Source: a virus. From it: a stretch of DNA of 64,000 nt. Location: positions 10,805 to 74,804 of IMG/VR virus record IMGVR_UViG_3300031772_000016. One strand, given 5' to 3'. The translations under genes were made by a program, and so were the position numbers. The notes beneath the pieces were generated by a model, which saw nothing but the letters and a program-made list of their open reading frames with translations, did not search any database and was not told the origin of the DNA. Positions 19,201-28,155 of this stretch are shown piece by piece; the first letter of the stretch is position 1, and each line of letters begins with the position of its first letter.

Positions 19201-21580
19201 GAACAAAGAATCCTATAAAAAAGAGGATATGGAGAATCACATCAAGATGCGCCGTAAGTGGGATAAAGAGCGCGTAGTGATTTATACGGGTCCTGCTTGG
19301 GAAAGTTGGAACAAGCAGAAAGTAGACGAGGGCATGGCGGGGTCGGAGACGTGGGCGGCATATCTGGCACGGGAGTTTGTGAAGAAAGGGTATCGTACCA
19401 CGATCTACAATGATCTACTGGTAGAGGACAAGAGTCAGGCAGTGTTGGACCCGGTACAGGATGACTCAGGTAAATCGGTAGGTGATGTGTTTTATCGTCA
19501 CTACACGAATTTGAATGAGGATGTGAAATACGATGTGGTGGATTATTTCATATCGTCACGTACACTGGATCCTTTTCAGGGTAATGTACACAGTCTGAAG
19601 AATTATGCGATGATCCATGATGTGTTTTTAAATCCTAACCCTGATTTTGATATCATGCCATGGAGGATACACGGGTATGCGTATCTATCGGAGTGGCACA
19701 AGGATTTTCTTAAGAGCCACCACAGGATGCCTGAGGATAAAATGTTCCTCACGGCAAATGGCGTAGACCACACTCTGTATGCTGACGTGGATACCTACGA
19801 GAAGAAAAACCAGACTGTGTATAGTTCGAGTTTGGATAGAGGGTTGTATCAGCTGCTGTTGATGCTACCAGAGATCAGGAAATCTGTGCCTGATTTCAAG
19901 GTGATAGTGTGTTATGGTCTGCTCAACTGGGAAAAAAGTATAAAGGCTCACAATGATGTCCAGTCCATGGAGTTACTCAATAAGATAAAGAGTCTGATGG
20001 AACAACCGGGGGTAGAGTATCGTGGTCGTGTAGACAAGAAGACGTTGTCTATTTTACAGAAGGAATCCAAGGTGTTCTTGTTTTCGAGCTGGTTCGCGGA
20101 AACTTTTTGCTGTCATCCAGATAATGAAATATTCACTGAAAAAGGACCTAAGAGGATTGTGTCTTTGAACATAGTTGATAGGGTACTTACTCATAACAAT
20201 AGGTTTAGGAACATAACTAAGATACTATCAAGACCGTATTCCGGGGATCTTGTTAAGTTTAATGTTCAGAACCATAAAGCAGGCACGGGTATGTACACTC
20301 CAGAGCATCCAGTGCTAGTCTTGAGAGGCGGCAATGTTTCAAAACTGAGAAGTAATAGGAGCTTTATTAAGTTAGGTAAAAAACCAGACTATTCTCCTAA
20401 AAGCATAGCAAAATACGATATAGATCCAGAGTGGGTTGAAGCAGGGGATGTTTTAGCGGGAGATTACGTATGCATGCCGTACTGTGATGACCGCAGCCCA
20501 GATGACTGGTTTTATCCGTTGGAGGATATGAAACGCGTTAATAGGAATTACAAAATAGTAGGAGAGCATATAATAAGTAGGGAGTCAAAAATTTTCAAGA
20601 GATTGCCAGCTAAAATAAAGATGGACTTCGATTTTGCGAGATTTCTTGGTTTCTATTTCTCTGAGGGATGTTTTAGTGGAGGGTGCGTAAAATTTTCGTT
20701 TAACACCAAAGAGACAGAATACATTAATTTTGTTTCTTCCTATGCTGATAGAGTTTTTGGAGTTAAACCTAAAATAAAAAATAGAGGAAATTGGGTTGAG
20801 ATATGGTGCTACATGAATTCTATGGGTATACTTCTTAAAGAGCTGTGTGGTCATGAGGCTTCTCAAAAGAAGGTTCCCTATTTCATGTATCGGCAGGATA
20901 AGAGTTTTGTCAGAGAGTTTGTACGCGCTGTATTTGAGGGGGATGGCCATGAGAACAAGAATGAGTTTACAATGGTGCTAGCAACAAAGAAGGGAATGGT
21001 AGGCCTTAAGATACTGGCAGCCAGCATAGGCCTTCACCCTAGCTACAGGAATTCTCCTCGTTTCGGAAGAGATTACTATACTATGGGTATCAGCAAGAAG
21101 TTATGGAGTGATCTTTTTGTGGGAAAAAAAGACTACGGCCCGAAAGGTACTTATAGGGTCTATTTTGAGAGGAATTCGAAAATTTTCTACAAGATCAAAA
21201 GTATCGATAAAGTTCCTTATGTTGGACCCGTGTATAATTTAGAGGTGGAAGAAGATCAGTCGTATACATCGGACTTTATCGCTGTCCATAATTGCTGTAC
21301 TGCGGTTGAGAACGGGTTGTCAAAAAACCCTATACTCTCTACAGACTTCGCAGGGCTGAAAACCACTGTAGGATCTGCGGGGATACTGTTGCCGTATGAG
21401 GGCCTGTCTCGGGACGCGGACTATCCTGATACGTATAAATTTCGTTTCGTAGAGGAGTCCATACGCCTACTCAAGGATGACACCTATCGTGCTGAGTGGG
21501 CGGATAAAGCCTACCAGAAGATGCAGGCCTATAGGTGGGATAAGGTCGCAGACGGGTGGATAGAGAAGTTCAAGAAGTAG
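16280..21580 (+). CDS. Multi-domain glycosyltransferase (GT2-TPR-GT-B-GT2-GT4) containing an intein
   Basis: GT-A motifs DFSLARN/WLDSDD and ILNSD; TPR helices; two GT-B-like segments; spliced ETFCCTAVE is an E-x7-E motif. Start ATG 16280 after AAGGAG. Confidence 0.88.
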   Translation: MSKKFLGLNIIVGKGEEKELERCLKSCTQGELFDEMVVTQTFEDENVRAVIEKYGARREFFAWVKDFSLARNKSFSHSTSEMIIWLDSDDVIKPDDFKKLQELKPKIKDFDIVLIDYVYNHDERDNATLVLPRERIVRNCDYIKWHDPIHEYLNMDVPPNKILKTKIKIDHYRVKNYDPSRNLDALRLAYGEGKCSPRLKFYFGKELSDCGYWEEAIKVLEPYIEEGVDFRDNMTVACIRLSKYYYENKNYAAAKTYAMKGIRFNSIYAENYVTVATIFEIENDLDSAASYYKEALTKKLDAGMSQIVDFYGFIPAAKLAILYFAKKEYEECLKYCDIALQHKSDNVQIAELKKTVSIETERMKKGSTIREEDEARLRKMLEELDFKIDIQKNNHEYAEIRLSRIRKLEVVWLVPTLDLDNPSIRIRRYNVSKKMEELKVPSRIITNYYGRNVFDLRNEIGPATVVVFTQYSSFDLELMRHLKPLGIKTVFDHCEAIFGYPFEHECMIEADLVACCSTKLEELTNKNGVARTAVLKDAVEERVPSTERVYTDRYLKPKAGYFGMGGNSFLISEWLKDTIESAGYDVVLSTEWSSATHKWSIDTWPDVMNECDVILCPQRVDVQPAKSSVKATTAMALGMPVLASPLQAYKEVIQPGVNGYICDTKDDWYSALVQLKDSNLRKSVGTAAKKAVDGYSLENITKGWIETLGHLINERLKFPEPEVVEKVAERNIVDIIIANYGNVEYLKMCMSSIFMNTLYPYHVIISDAGSDEKTWEYLKTLKGVTILGEPGKRVSFSEACNAGIQASRTKFFVILNSDVIVSKCWLTSLVDKMEHTDRLAACGVLSNCDRGWLFSAPGKPEYPMRLEKSGVDLVPGMKIGTIQPHVEELYDFMKKSNETYKGKYIKQDWVAAYATIFARCAIDEVGLFDTQYKNGCEDWDLCQRISRYGYAIGQAIDSFVYHFGGVTRGSYEEENKESYKKEDMENHIKMRRKWDKERVVIYTGPAWESWNKQKVDEGMAGSETWAAYLAREFVKKGYRTTIYNDLLVEDKSQAVLDPVQDDSGKSVGDVFYRHYTNLNEDVKYDVVDYFISSRTLDPFQGNVHSLKNYAMIHDVFLNPNPDFDIMPWRIHGYAYLSEWHKDFLKSHHRMPEDKMFLTANGVDHTLYADVDTYEKKNQTVYSSSLDRGLYQLLLMLPEIRKSVPDFKVIVCYGLLNWEKSIKAHNDVQSMELLNKIKSLMEQPGVEYRGRVDKKTLSILQKESKVFLFSSWFAETFCCHPDNEIFTEKGPKRIVSLNIVDRVLTHNNRFRNITKILSRPYSGDLVKFNVQNHKAGTGMYTPEHPVLVLRGGNVSKLRSNRSFIKLGKKPDYSPKSIAKYDIDPEWVEAGDVLAGDYVCMPYCDDRSPDDWFYPLEDMKRVNRNYKIVGEHIISRESKIFKRLPAKIKMDFDFARFLGFYFSEGCFSGGCVKFSFNTKETEYINFVSSYADRVFGVKPKIKNRGNWVEIWCYMNSMGILLKELCGHEASQKKVPYFMYRQDKSFVREFVRAVFEGDGHENKNEFTMVLATKKGMVGLKILAASIGLHPSYRNSPRFGRDYYTMGISKKLWSDLFVGKKDYGPKGTYRVYFERNSKIFYKIKSIDKVPYVGPVYNLEVEEDQSYTSDFIAVHNCCTAVENGLSKNPILSTDFAGLKTTVGSAGILLPYEGLSRDADYPDTYKFRFVEESIRLLKDDTYRAEWADKAYQKMQAYRWDKVADGWIEKFKK
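20108..21292 (+). mobile_element. Intein with LAGLIDADG endonuclease (395 aa)
   Basis: Begins CCHPDNEIFT; block B TPEHP; FLGFYFSEG and VFEGDG; ends VYNLEVE...AVHN before Cys. Confidence 0.93.
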
Positions 21581-21605
21581 TATTCACAATAGCCGGAGTA
21601 ATAGC

Positions 21606-21640
21606 AAAAGGCCTGGGAGATCATCATCTCTCAGGCCTTT
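21606..21640 (+). terminator. Intrinsic terminator
   Basis: AAAGGCCTGGGAGAT...ATCTCTCAGGCCTTT. Confidence 0.75.
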
Positions 21641-21655
21641 AATATTCTGTTCATA
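21640..21655 (+). promoter_or_regulatory. Putative late-promoter motif
   Basis: TAATATTCTGTTCATA directly after a terminator. Confidence 0.5.
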
Positions 21656-21702
21656 ATATTTATAGGGTGTCTGTGAGTAACCCTATAACCAGGAGAGACA
21701 TC

Positions 21703-21921
21703 ATGTCCACACAGTTTGATACGGCAGGTATGCAGAGTCTCGCGCAGAATACAGCTGTCAGCGGAGGCCTCCAGGATACCAACAGAGGTAACCCTCTCGG
21801 AGATCGAGTAGATAATACCGCTGGTGACAACAACACGACACCGCAGGCGCAGGGTCTGAGTTCGAATCAGGGTGCGTATTTAGATATGCAGTCGAAGCCG
21901 AGCTGGCTGTATCCGACGTAA
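21703..21921 (+). CDS. Small hypothetical protein
   Basis: AGGAG RBS before ATG 21703. Confidence 0.65.
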   Translation: MSTQFDTAGMQSLAQNTAVSGGLQDTNRGNPLGDRVDNTAGDNNTTPQAQGLSSNQGAYLDMQSKPSWLYPT

Positions 21922-21934
21922 TAGTCTACTAATA
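21919..21934 (+). promoter_or_regulatory. Putative late-promoter motif
   Basis: TAATAGTCTACTAATA. Confidence 0.65.
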
Positions 21935-22004
21935 TCTTGTTAGAGGTATAAGCCCTTTACGGGGTATAACTATATAACTCACTTGTTCTTTAGGAGGATG
22001 TGTT

Positions 22005-22469
22005 ATGGCAGTAGCGACTTTGACAGTAAAATATTTCGGCACCAACGTCGGCAAGATCTATCTCTCCGATATCGATCGTCGTCGTCAGCTGGGTGGAGCT
22101 CCAGAGAGCGGAAACTACAAGTCGGGTCAGGACGAGTACATGACTTGGGGCGAGGTGAAGGTCCTGCAGGTCACCGATGACGTGCTGTACAGCAGGCTCA
22201 ACGGCGTACTCAAGTATTTCTCGACCGTAGCCAGCTCGGTGATTTTCGGCAGCCACGGTGCTCCTTTGACACTCGTAGACGGTACCGACACTGCTACGAG
22301 CGAAGTGCCTCGTGGTGATTTTGCTAATACCGGTCTGTTTGATGATCGCTTCATCAATAATGTGCTGGCTGGAAACTACAGCACAGGCGTACAGGGTACT
22401 CTGGGTACCGGCGCTACCGGGTACTACATCAATGGTACGACTGGTTACAACTACGGTAACGTGCTTTAA
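22005..22469 (+). CDS. Putative virion protein with TG-rich C-terminus
   Basis: AGGAGG RBS; codon usage like the capsid gene; own terminator. Confidence 0.6.
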   Translation: MAVATLTVKYFGTNVGKIYLSDIDRRRQLGGAPESGNYKSGQDEYMTWGEVKVLQVTDDVLYSRLNGVLKYFSTVASSVIFGSHGAPLTLVDGTDTATSEVPRGDFANTGLFDDRFINNVLAGNYSTGVQGTLGTGATGYYINGTTGYNYGNVL

Positions 22470-22497
22470 TCAGTACATCGCTGGTCTGTGACTAACG

Positions 22498-22535
22498 GGG
22501 TTGCCGGGGTGGTACGAATCCCGGCAACCTTTTTT
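22498..22535 (+). terminator. Intrinsic terminator
   Basis: GGTTGCCGGG...CCCGGCAACC followed by TTTTTT. Confidence 0.85.
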
Positions 22536-22570
22536 ATATGTAGATAGTACATCCAACATGGAGCATAATA

Positions 22571-22858
22571 ATGGCAGACAATCTGCATGGTGACCTGATC
22601 TGCACCAAAGACGGGTACAAGACCTGTGACCTTTATCTGGCAGCTTTCTTTGCGACTAGCGGATGCCCGATAAAGAGTACCACACGAGACTCAAAAAAAG
22701 TGTATTTTTTCTTTGAAAACACAGAGATTATAGAACGCTTGAAAGGCTCGTATTTTCTTAGGCAGGGTAAAGTAGACGCTCTGTCCTACGCGGACAACGT
22801 GAAATCCCTGAAAAGCCTGTGTGCCAGTATCCTCAGTAACGAAATAAAGCGCATCTAA
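22571..22858 (+). CDS. DUF5659-like small protein
   Basis: TCDLYLAAFF...KVYFFF pattern. Confidence 0.55.
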   Translation: MADNLHGDLICTKDGYKTCDLYLAAFFATSGCPIKSTTRDSKKVYFFFENTEIIERLKGSYFLRQGKVDALSYADNVKSLKSLCASILSNEIKRI

Positions 22859-22874
22859 GAAGGGGCTAATCGCC

Positions 22875-23102
22875 ATGGATGTTTATCAGGGTAGCATAGG
22901 GACAGTGTCCCCAGCTTTTGGTAATTACACGCTACAGACCTATGTCAATATAGACAAGCCTGCATCAGGCGTGACAGGTCCTATGGGCTCCCTGGCAGGT
23001 ATGGGTGTCACAGGGTCTGGGTCTCTGACGGCTGTGTCCTGGGACATGGGAGTCACAGGTATCGTCGGTACACAGTCCACAAACGCTAAACACGGGTTTT
23101 AA
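22875..23102 (+). CDS. Small GVTG-repeat protein
   Basis: Three GVTG motifs in 75 aa. Confidence 0.65.
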   Translation: MDVYQGSIGTVSPAFGNYTLQTYVNIDKPASGVTGPMGSLAGMGVTGSGSLTAVSWDMGVTGIVGTQSTNAKHGF

Positions 23103-23105
23103 TAT

Positions 23106-23573
23106 ATGAAGACATCAGTCGTAGCAGCAATGAAAGAGAATGCAGCTAAGAATCTCAAGCTGAAAGACGTCTCTTTCGTAGATTTTGACTCTATCGACCT
23201 GGAGGAATACGACGCCTCCATATCAGAGGCAGATCTGCAGGAGTTCTCGGCTAGTGCTGAGGTCTCCACCAACCTCAAGATCACCTACGAGGGCGAACTC
23301 CCTGATAGCTACCGGGTCCTCAACAGCATGCTCCAGGACTGGGTAGACGATCATGATGAGGACCTCAAGAAGGTCATCAACCCTAAGCTCATACCGTTCC
23401 TCAAAGAGCATTACAAGGATGCAGACGTCAGTGACCTCAAAGAGGATTTTGACGACTACATCTGGGAGGACCAGGTAGATTACATGCCCGAGATTGATGA
23501 AGACAAAAAAGAGATCAAGTTCGTGGTGGATTTGGTTTTGGAGGTCGAGGAAAAAGAAACAGACGAGGATTGA
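23106..23573 (+). CDS. Highly acidic hypothetical protein
   Basis: About 45 of 155 residues are D/E. Confidence 0.75.
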   Translation: MKTSVVAAMKENAAKNLKLKDVSFVDFDSIDLEEYDASISEADLQEFSASAEVSTNLKITYEGELPDSYRVLNSMLQDWVDDHDEDLKKVINPKLIPFLKEHYKDADVSDLKEDFDDYIWEDQVDYMPEIDEDKKEIKFVVDLVLEVEEKETDED

Positions 23574-23595
23574 GGGATAGAGTAGTCTACCGCAC

Positions 23596-23636
23596 AGGCA
23601 GAGGCCGGTCATAGCGATCGGCCTCTGCCTTTTTTA
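23596..23636 (+). terminator. Intrinsic terminator
   Basis: AGGCAGAGGCCG...CGGCCTCTGCCTTTTTT. Confidence 0.85.
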
Positions 23637-23736
23637 TTCCCCGAAATTCCATGTCGATTTACCTTTCCCGCCGCGGGACAGCAGGTAGCATGCCGCCCGA
23701 TATTTCTTGCTCTTTATAGCCGCGTCCACGGTGTTG

Positions 23737-24087
23737 TCATAGGTTGGATGTGAGAAGGTCAAAACATTCAAAAGGCTGCTCCATCCGCCATTTTGCCACA
23801 GGCTCTAAAGCGTCATTAATATGAAGCGGTGCCGTAGATATATCACCGAAAACAAGGTTGTATGCTAGCACGAAGTCTGTGTCTGAGTTAGGGTCTAAAG
23901 GTAGACCCAGGGCCTGAGTAGCATCATTCCTCATCTGTATGAAGATGTCTTTCGGTTCGTTATAAATAGCGATAATATCATATACATATGACGCTGTCTT
24001 TGAAACGCTACCACCTTGGTAGGGCTGGTTTTTCCGGCTCTCAAAAATATTGTCCCTAAGCTGCCTAAGACTGCTTTTTGTGTGCAT
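23737..24087 (-). CDS. Hypothetical protein, the only credible minus-strand gene
   Basis: Fills a gap in + strand coding; GAGGAGGG RBS before ATG 24087; own promoter. Confidence 0.65.
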   Translation of the reverse strand: MHTKSSLRQLRDNIFESRKNQPYQGGSVSKTASYVYDIIAIYNEPKDIFIQMRNDATQALGLPLDPNSDTDFVLAYNLVFGDISTAPLHINDALEPVAKWRMEQPFECFDLLTSNL

Positions 24088-24105
24088 GGTGCCCTCCTCT
24101 GTTAC

Positions 24106-24134
24106 AATATACTTTTTTATAAGCATAAAATCAA
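24106..24134 (-). promoter_or_regulatory. Putative sigma70-type promoter
   Basis: Minus strand TTGATT-17 bp-TATATT. Confidence 0.55.
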
Positions 24135-24150
24135 TGATACTCTTCTAATA
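24135..24150 (+). promoter_or_regulatory. Putative late-promoter motif
   Basis: TGATACTCTTCTAATA. Confidence 0.6.
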
Positions 24151-24184
24151 AAAAAACTATGATAGATTCTATACTGGAGGCCTC

Positions 24185-24856
24185 ATGGGCATAAGAAAAG
24201 ATGCTTTTTTAAGGGACTGTGTCCGAGTTTTGGTAGCGGGTCAGAGAGAAGATCTAATAAATCTGTATCGAGAATTAAATCCTTTGTATGAGCAGTTTCA
24301 CGGCAACCCTGACCAGGGGGTTGCTGTTATGCTTCGTAGTCCTGATAGGTATCCCACTATCCTGAGTGGGTTGTTGAGTACTACAGGACTTAGCACTAGT
24401 GATGTTAAAAGCATGATTACTCGATATATTAGTAACATACAGCCTAGAACTCAGGAAAGATATGAAGACATACTAAACAAAGCTAGAACTAAGCTGTCTA
24501 TGTTAGACACCCCAAAACAGGTGGCTGTACGTGCACCTCAGCACACCCCTTTTTATAAATGGTTGAATTCGGAGCGGCAAGAAATTTACAAGTTACTAAG
24601 CACAAGAGATATCACTGATATTAGTGCGCTTTTTAGTAGATATGACTTAATGACCCTTAATCCTACAGAACTAGATGCTTTATCTAAAAGTATTCGGGAA
24701 ATTTTTGTGAGAGCCTATCTGCGATCGTACATTACAGGTGCCCAAGAAATGTTGACTAGAATACGGAGTTTGGTGGGTAACATCCCTGAGTTACAGATTG
24801 GTCGGGTAGCAGGTGCTTATAAGGTTGTTTTGTCCTATCTTAACTCCATCGAATAA
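24185..24856 (+). CDS. Hypothetical, possible internal head protein
   Basis: GGAGG RBS; helical; ends RVAGAYKVVLSYL. Confidence 0.7.
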   Translation: MGIRKDAFLRDCVRVLVAGQREDLINLYRELNPLYEQFHGNPDQGVAVMLRSPDRYPTILSGLLSTTGLSTSDVKSMITRYISNIQPRTQERYEDILNKARTKLSMLDTPKQVAVRAPQHTPFYKWLNSERQEIYKLLSTRDITDISALFSRYDLMTLNPTELDALSKSIREIFVRAYLRSYITGAQEMLTRIRSLVGNIPELQIGRVAGAYKVVLSYLNSIE

Positions 24857-24871
24857 CATAGGATTCTAAAC

Positions 24872-25768
24872 ATGGCAGTAGTTTTTTATCCTGGACAGAC
24901 CCTAGGACAGGATGACCTCAAGATATCCATCCGTGATAGCGGCGGGCAGTACGTGGACCCGTTCTACATTCGGTACTCCCTGTTCGATAACACCACAGGC
25001 GTCGAGGTGCTCATCGGAGCCCCTGACAGAATCCCCGCTACCACAGGCACTGGGATGTTCTATGTGAACGCCACTCTACCTCTGGACGCAAATATCGGTG
25101 ACTGGGTGGTCCGGTGGAATTTCAGGGAGACCGCTATCTCCCCCCTGGTACAGGTAGCACAGGAGTTCGGGCTGGTGAAGATAGAGGTGATCAAGAGCAT
25201 CACGGGCAACGACACGGGTGATTTACTTTTGAGAAGATTGAGGATATTGTTAAGAGATTTTCATCCAGATCGCAATTATAGATTTCGCCCCCCGTCAAGT
25301 GAGAAATTTCTGCAGGCTCAGGCACAAGTATTCGGGTACCTGTGGGAGGATGAAGAGCTCTACGAGTTCGTATTGATGGCCATAGATGATTTTAATACAG
25401 CGCCTCCTGTCACTGGTATAGACATAAACAACATGCCTGACAGATGGAGAACCACGCTGCTTATGAGGGCTGCGGGCATGGCGTGCGGTGCTATGACCGT
25501 TAACCAAATTGCCGATGAATTCAACTACTCAATCTCTGGAGTCTCTCTCAGCATTGAGCGCTCGTCCAAGTATGAGTCTATGAAAAGGAACTTCTACGAA
25601 GAAGCAGATAAGTCCCGGGATCTCGCTAAGCGCTCGATAAAGATTATAAAAGGGCTGAAACAAGCTCGTTATGGTGTGGGCATCAGTTCGGCATTAGGAC
25701 CTTATTCTAAACCTGGCACTCAGTCAAGAAGAAATTTCGCTGGTGGTGGAGGTGGTGGTTGGTCATAA
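24872..25768 (+). CDS. Putative head-tail adaptor/neck protein
   Basis: Beta-rich N-domain, then RLRILLRD...WEDEEL...FNYSISGVSLSI resembling head-completion adaptors; position fits. Confidence 0.5.
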   Translation: MAVVFYPGQTLGQDDLKISIRDSGGQYVDPFYIRYSLFDNTTGVEVLIGAPDRIPATTGTGMFYVNATLPLDANIGDWVVRWNFRETAISPLVQVAQEFGLVKIEVIKSITGNDTGDLLLRRLRILLRDFHPDRNYRFRPPSSEKFLQAQAQVFGYLWEDEELYEFVLMAIDDFNTAPPVTGIDINNMPDRWRTTLLMRAAGMACGAMTVNQIADEFNYSISGVSLSIERSSKYESMKRNFYEEADKSRDLAKRSIKIIKGLKQARYGVGISSALGPYSKPGTQSRRNFAGGGGGGWS

Positions 25769-25776
25769 GGACCCAG

Positions 25777-25805
25777 TTGACTTTAGTCCGGTATTGTGGT
25801 ATATT
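25777..25805 (+). promoter_or_regulatory. Sigma70-type promoter with extended -10
   Basis: TTGACT-17 bp-TATATT, with TGn before the -10. Confidence 0.7.
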
Positions 25806-25825
25806 CAGTAGTACTGGAGGCCACA

Positions 25826-28102
25826 ATGACCGGACCAAAAAGTGGAATTACTGCGGACAGAAAAGACACCGTCAAGTTGGGTTTCATTGTAGAGCACTAC
25901 AGCTCTATGTCTCGTGATGAGCTTGCCTCTCACTTGAAAGAGACTCCCCGTTGGATAAAGCGACAAATAAGGCTTCTTAAAGACTCCGGAAGAATCCAGC
26001 CTAAGCGATTAGTCCCCGAGCGTATACTTTCGGAATCAGATTGGACAGATGAAATAAAGCATAAGGCGATCTCTCTCAGGAGAGATCGCCTTATGTCGAC
26101 TGGTGCTATTTGTGAGGTGCTTGAAAAAGAGTTTTCTTTTGCCGTACCAGACTATACGTTAGAGTTCTGGTTCAGGAAATTTGGGTGTGAGTCCAGAAGT
26201 AAGCTGGATTGGCTGGAAGAGTTTTTTCCTCCTAATAAAATGATAGAGTTCATAGACAGCGACTACAGAGTAAAGGATATCAGTGATATCATTCTAAAGA
26301 CTCATGGAGTATATATATCTGATGATATCGTACAAGAATATCTGCAATCGAAAGGAATAGAGAGTCAGCGAAACAGGCAGGTCAGGTTAGTGCGTGACAA
26401 AGCTAGTGAATTTTCTAAAGAGTGGTTGAGTGATCAGGTACAGGGTCATGCAGGGTTGTCCGGGTTGACCGAAAAAATGGGTGTGTCTAAAACAGTGGTG
26501 ATGAATAGACTGAGAGAAGAGGGACTCAGTCTGATTAAGCATAGAAAAATATGGTCTGATAATTTGGAGACTCTCAGCGATCTTATGGCGGCACGACCCC
26601 CTATTACAAAAAAGATATCTGAAGAAGATAGACACCAGATGCTTTTGGGATGGTTGCTTGGAGACGGCCATTTAGATTTTAACGGTAGATTAGTTGTTAA
26701 TCACTCGCTTGCACAGATAAGCTATTTGTTTGTCAAACATCAGGTGCTGAGGGGCAGCGTGTCTAATATAGTTACTGTACCGTCATCACATTTTTCGGGA
26801 GAGGGAACTCATTTTGGAGGTAAAGAGCAGATAGGGATATCGTGCCCTGGGTTTGAGTCGTATGTTCAATACCTGAACGAGGACGGGTCAAAAAATTTTG
26901 ATAAAATAGTGCGTGAACTTAACGACCTTGGGTGGGCATGCTATTTTATGGATGATGGAAGCTATTTTTTTGATAAGCAAATAATGGCTATAAATGGTAG
27001 ATTAGCTGCTGAGTTTGAAAATAGATACCAATTTGGCAGCATAGTGCATGAGCATAATTTGGAGGTGTTCGGTATAAAGCCAGAGTATCTAATACCTTGT
27101 ATGTTGTATAAAACACCCGTGGAAAGCAGAAATCTCGGCAATTATTGGGAAACAATATTTCCCGAACTGTTCAACGTGTCTATAAAAGATGATCTGGATC
27201 TTAGCTTCGTGAACAGGCATGTAGCAGAAAATGTGCCTGGCATAATGACCCAGGTTGTGGAGTACTATCACGGTAGAGGGTTTCCTGTGTACCACATCGC
27301 GGATGTGTATCTTACAAAGGAGTGGGAAAAGCTACAAAAGTTCAAAGCTGATCTGTTGTGGAAAAACGACAATACAATGCGCTATCTGGCTGTGGGTAAT
27401 GCTCTATACAAGCATTTCATGCCGCACATGTCTGAGGCGAAGTACAGAAACGTATCCCCAAAGCAAACATTCGATAGCTTTTCTACATTCTTGACCGTTC
27501 TGGAGTATACCCTTAAAACCAAGAAATCCATACTGCCTGATTTTGTGCACGACAACCTCGTGCATTTTAATGGGGGTGTGGTCGGTTTCCCTTGTTCGGT
27601 AGCCAAGGCTGTTACAGATCGGTATTGTCCTGTAGGAGGGTCTGTTGTAGACCCTTGCGCTGGGTGGGGTGGTCGTCTGCTGGGTGTGTCGTCTGCAGGT
27701 AGGTTTTACTACGGATTCGAGCCGTGGGACAAGACCTACGATGGTTTGACTCGTATCATAGCACACTTTGGTCTGAACTCTTCTGTGCAGAAGTCTGAGT
27801 TTGATAGTACCAAAGCACCCCTTCTGTGTGATTTTATCCTCACGTCCCCGCCTTATGTGGATCTGGAGATATACGGTAGACCCTTTAGCAAAAGTGACTG
27901 GCTGTCACTAATTAAACGCATATTCAGTTATGCAGAGAAGAGCCTTACTCCTGGCGGGTACTTAATACTTAACCTGCCCGGGTATCTTAAAACATTGTTG
28001 CCTCAAACTCTCCTCAAGGAAGCAGCGCCTGTATATTGGAATACATCCTCCAAAGTAAGAACCCTCGATAAAGCGGAATGCCTGTACATCTGGCACAGGT
28101 AA
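25826..28102 (+). CDS. HTH-LAGLIDADG endonuclease-DNA amino-methyltransferase fusion (copy 2)
   Basis: HTH segments; LLGWLLGDG and WACYFMDDG; motif I VVDPCAGWGGR and motif IV TSPPY; GGAGG RBS before ATG 25826. Confidence 0.85.
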   Translation: MTGPKSGITADRKDTVKLGFIVEHYSSMSRDELASHLKETPRWIKRQIRLLKDSGRIQPKRLVPERILSESDWTDEIKHKAISLRRDRLMSTGAICEVLEKEFSFAVPDYTLEFWFRKFGCESRSKLDWLEEFFPPNKMIEFIDSDYRVKDISDIILKTHGVYISDDIVQEYLQSKGIESQRNRQVRLVRDKASEFSKEWLSDQVQGHAGLSGLTEKMGVSKTVVMNRLREEGLSLIKHRKIWSDNLETLSDLMAARPPITKKISEEDRHQMLLGWLLGDGHLDFNGRLVVNHSLAQISYLFVKHQVLRGSVSNIVTVPSSHFSGEGTHFGGKEQIGISCPGFESYVQYLNEDGSKNFDKIVRELNDLGWACYFMDDGSYFFDKQIMAINGRLAAEFENRYQFGSIVHEHNLEVFGIKPEYLIPCMLYKTPVESRNLGNYWETIFPELFNVSIKDDLDLSFVNRHVAENVPGIMTQVVEYYHGRGFPVYHIADVYLTKEWEKLQKFKADLLWKNDNTMRYLAVGNALYKHFMPHMSEAKYRNVSPKQTFDSFSTFLTVLEYTLKTKKSILPDFVHDNLVHFNGGVVGFPCSVAKAVTDRYCPVGGSVVDPCAGWGGRLLGVSSAGRFYYGFEPWDKTYDGLTRIIAHFGLNSSVQKSEFDSTKAPLLCDFILTSPPYVDLEIYGRPFSKSDWLSLIKRIFSYAEKSLTPGGYLILNLPGYLKTLLPQTLLKEAAPVYWNTSSKVRTLDKAECLYIWHR

Positions 28103-28111
28103 CTCTCCCGC

Positions 28112-28127
28112 TAATTTTCTATTAATA
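28112..28127 (+). promoter_or_regulatory. Putative late-promoter motif
   Basis: TAATTTTCTATTAATA. Confidence 0.6.
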
Positions 28128-28155
28128 AAGTCTCACAAACAGATTGTGAGGCTAT

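Noticed and set aside
23630-23740. Minus-strand ankyrin-like remnant (NTVDAAIKSKKYRAACYLLSRGGK)
   Set aside because: Too short, no start codon; similarity could be chance.
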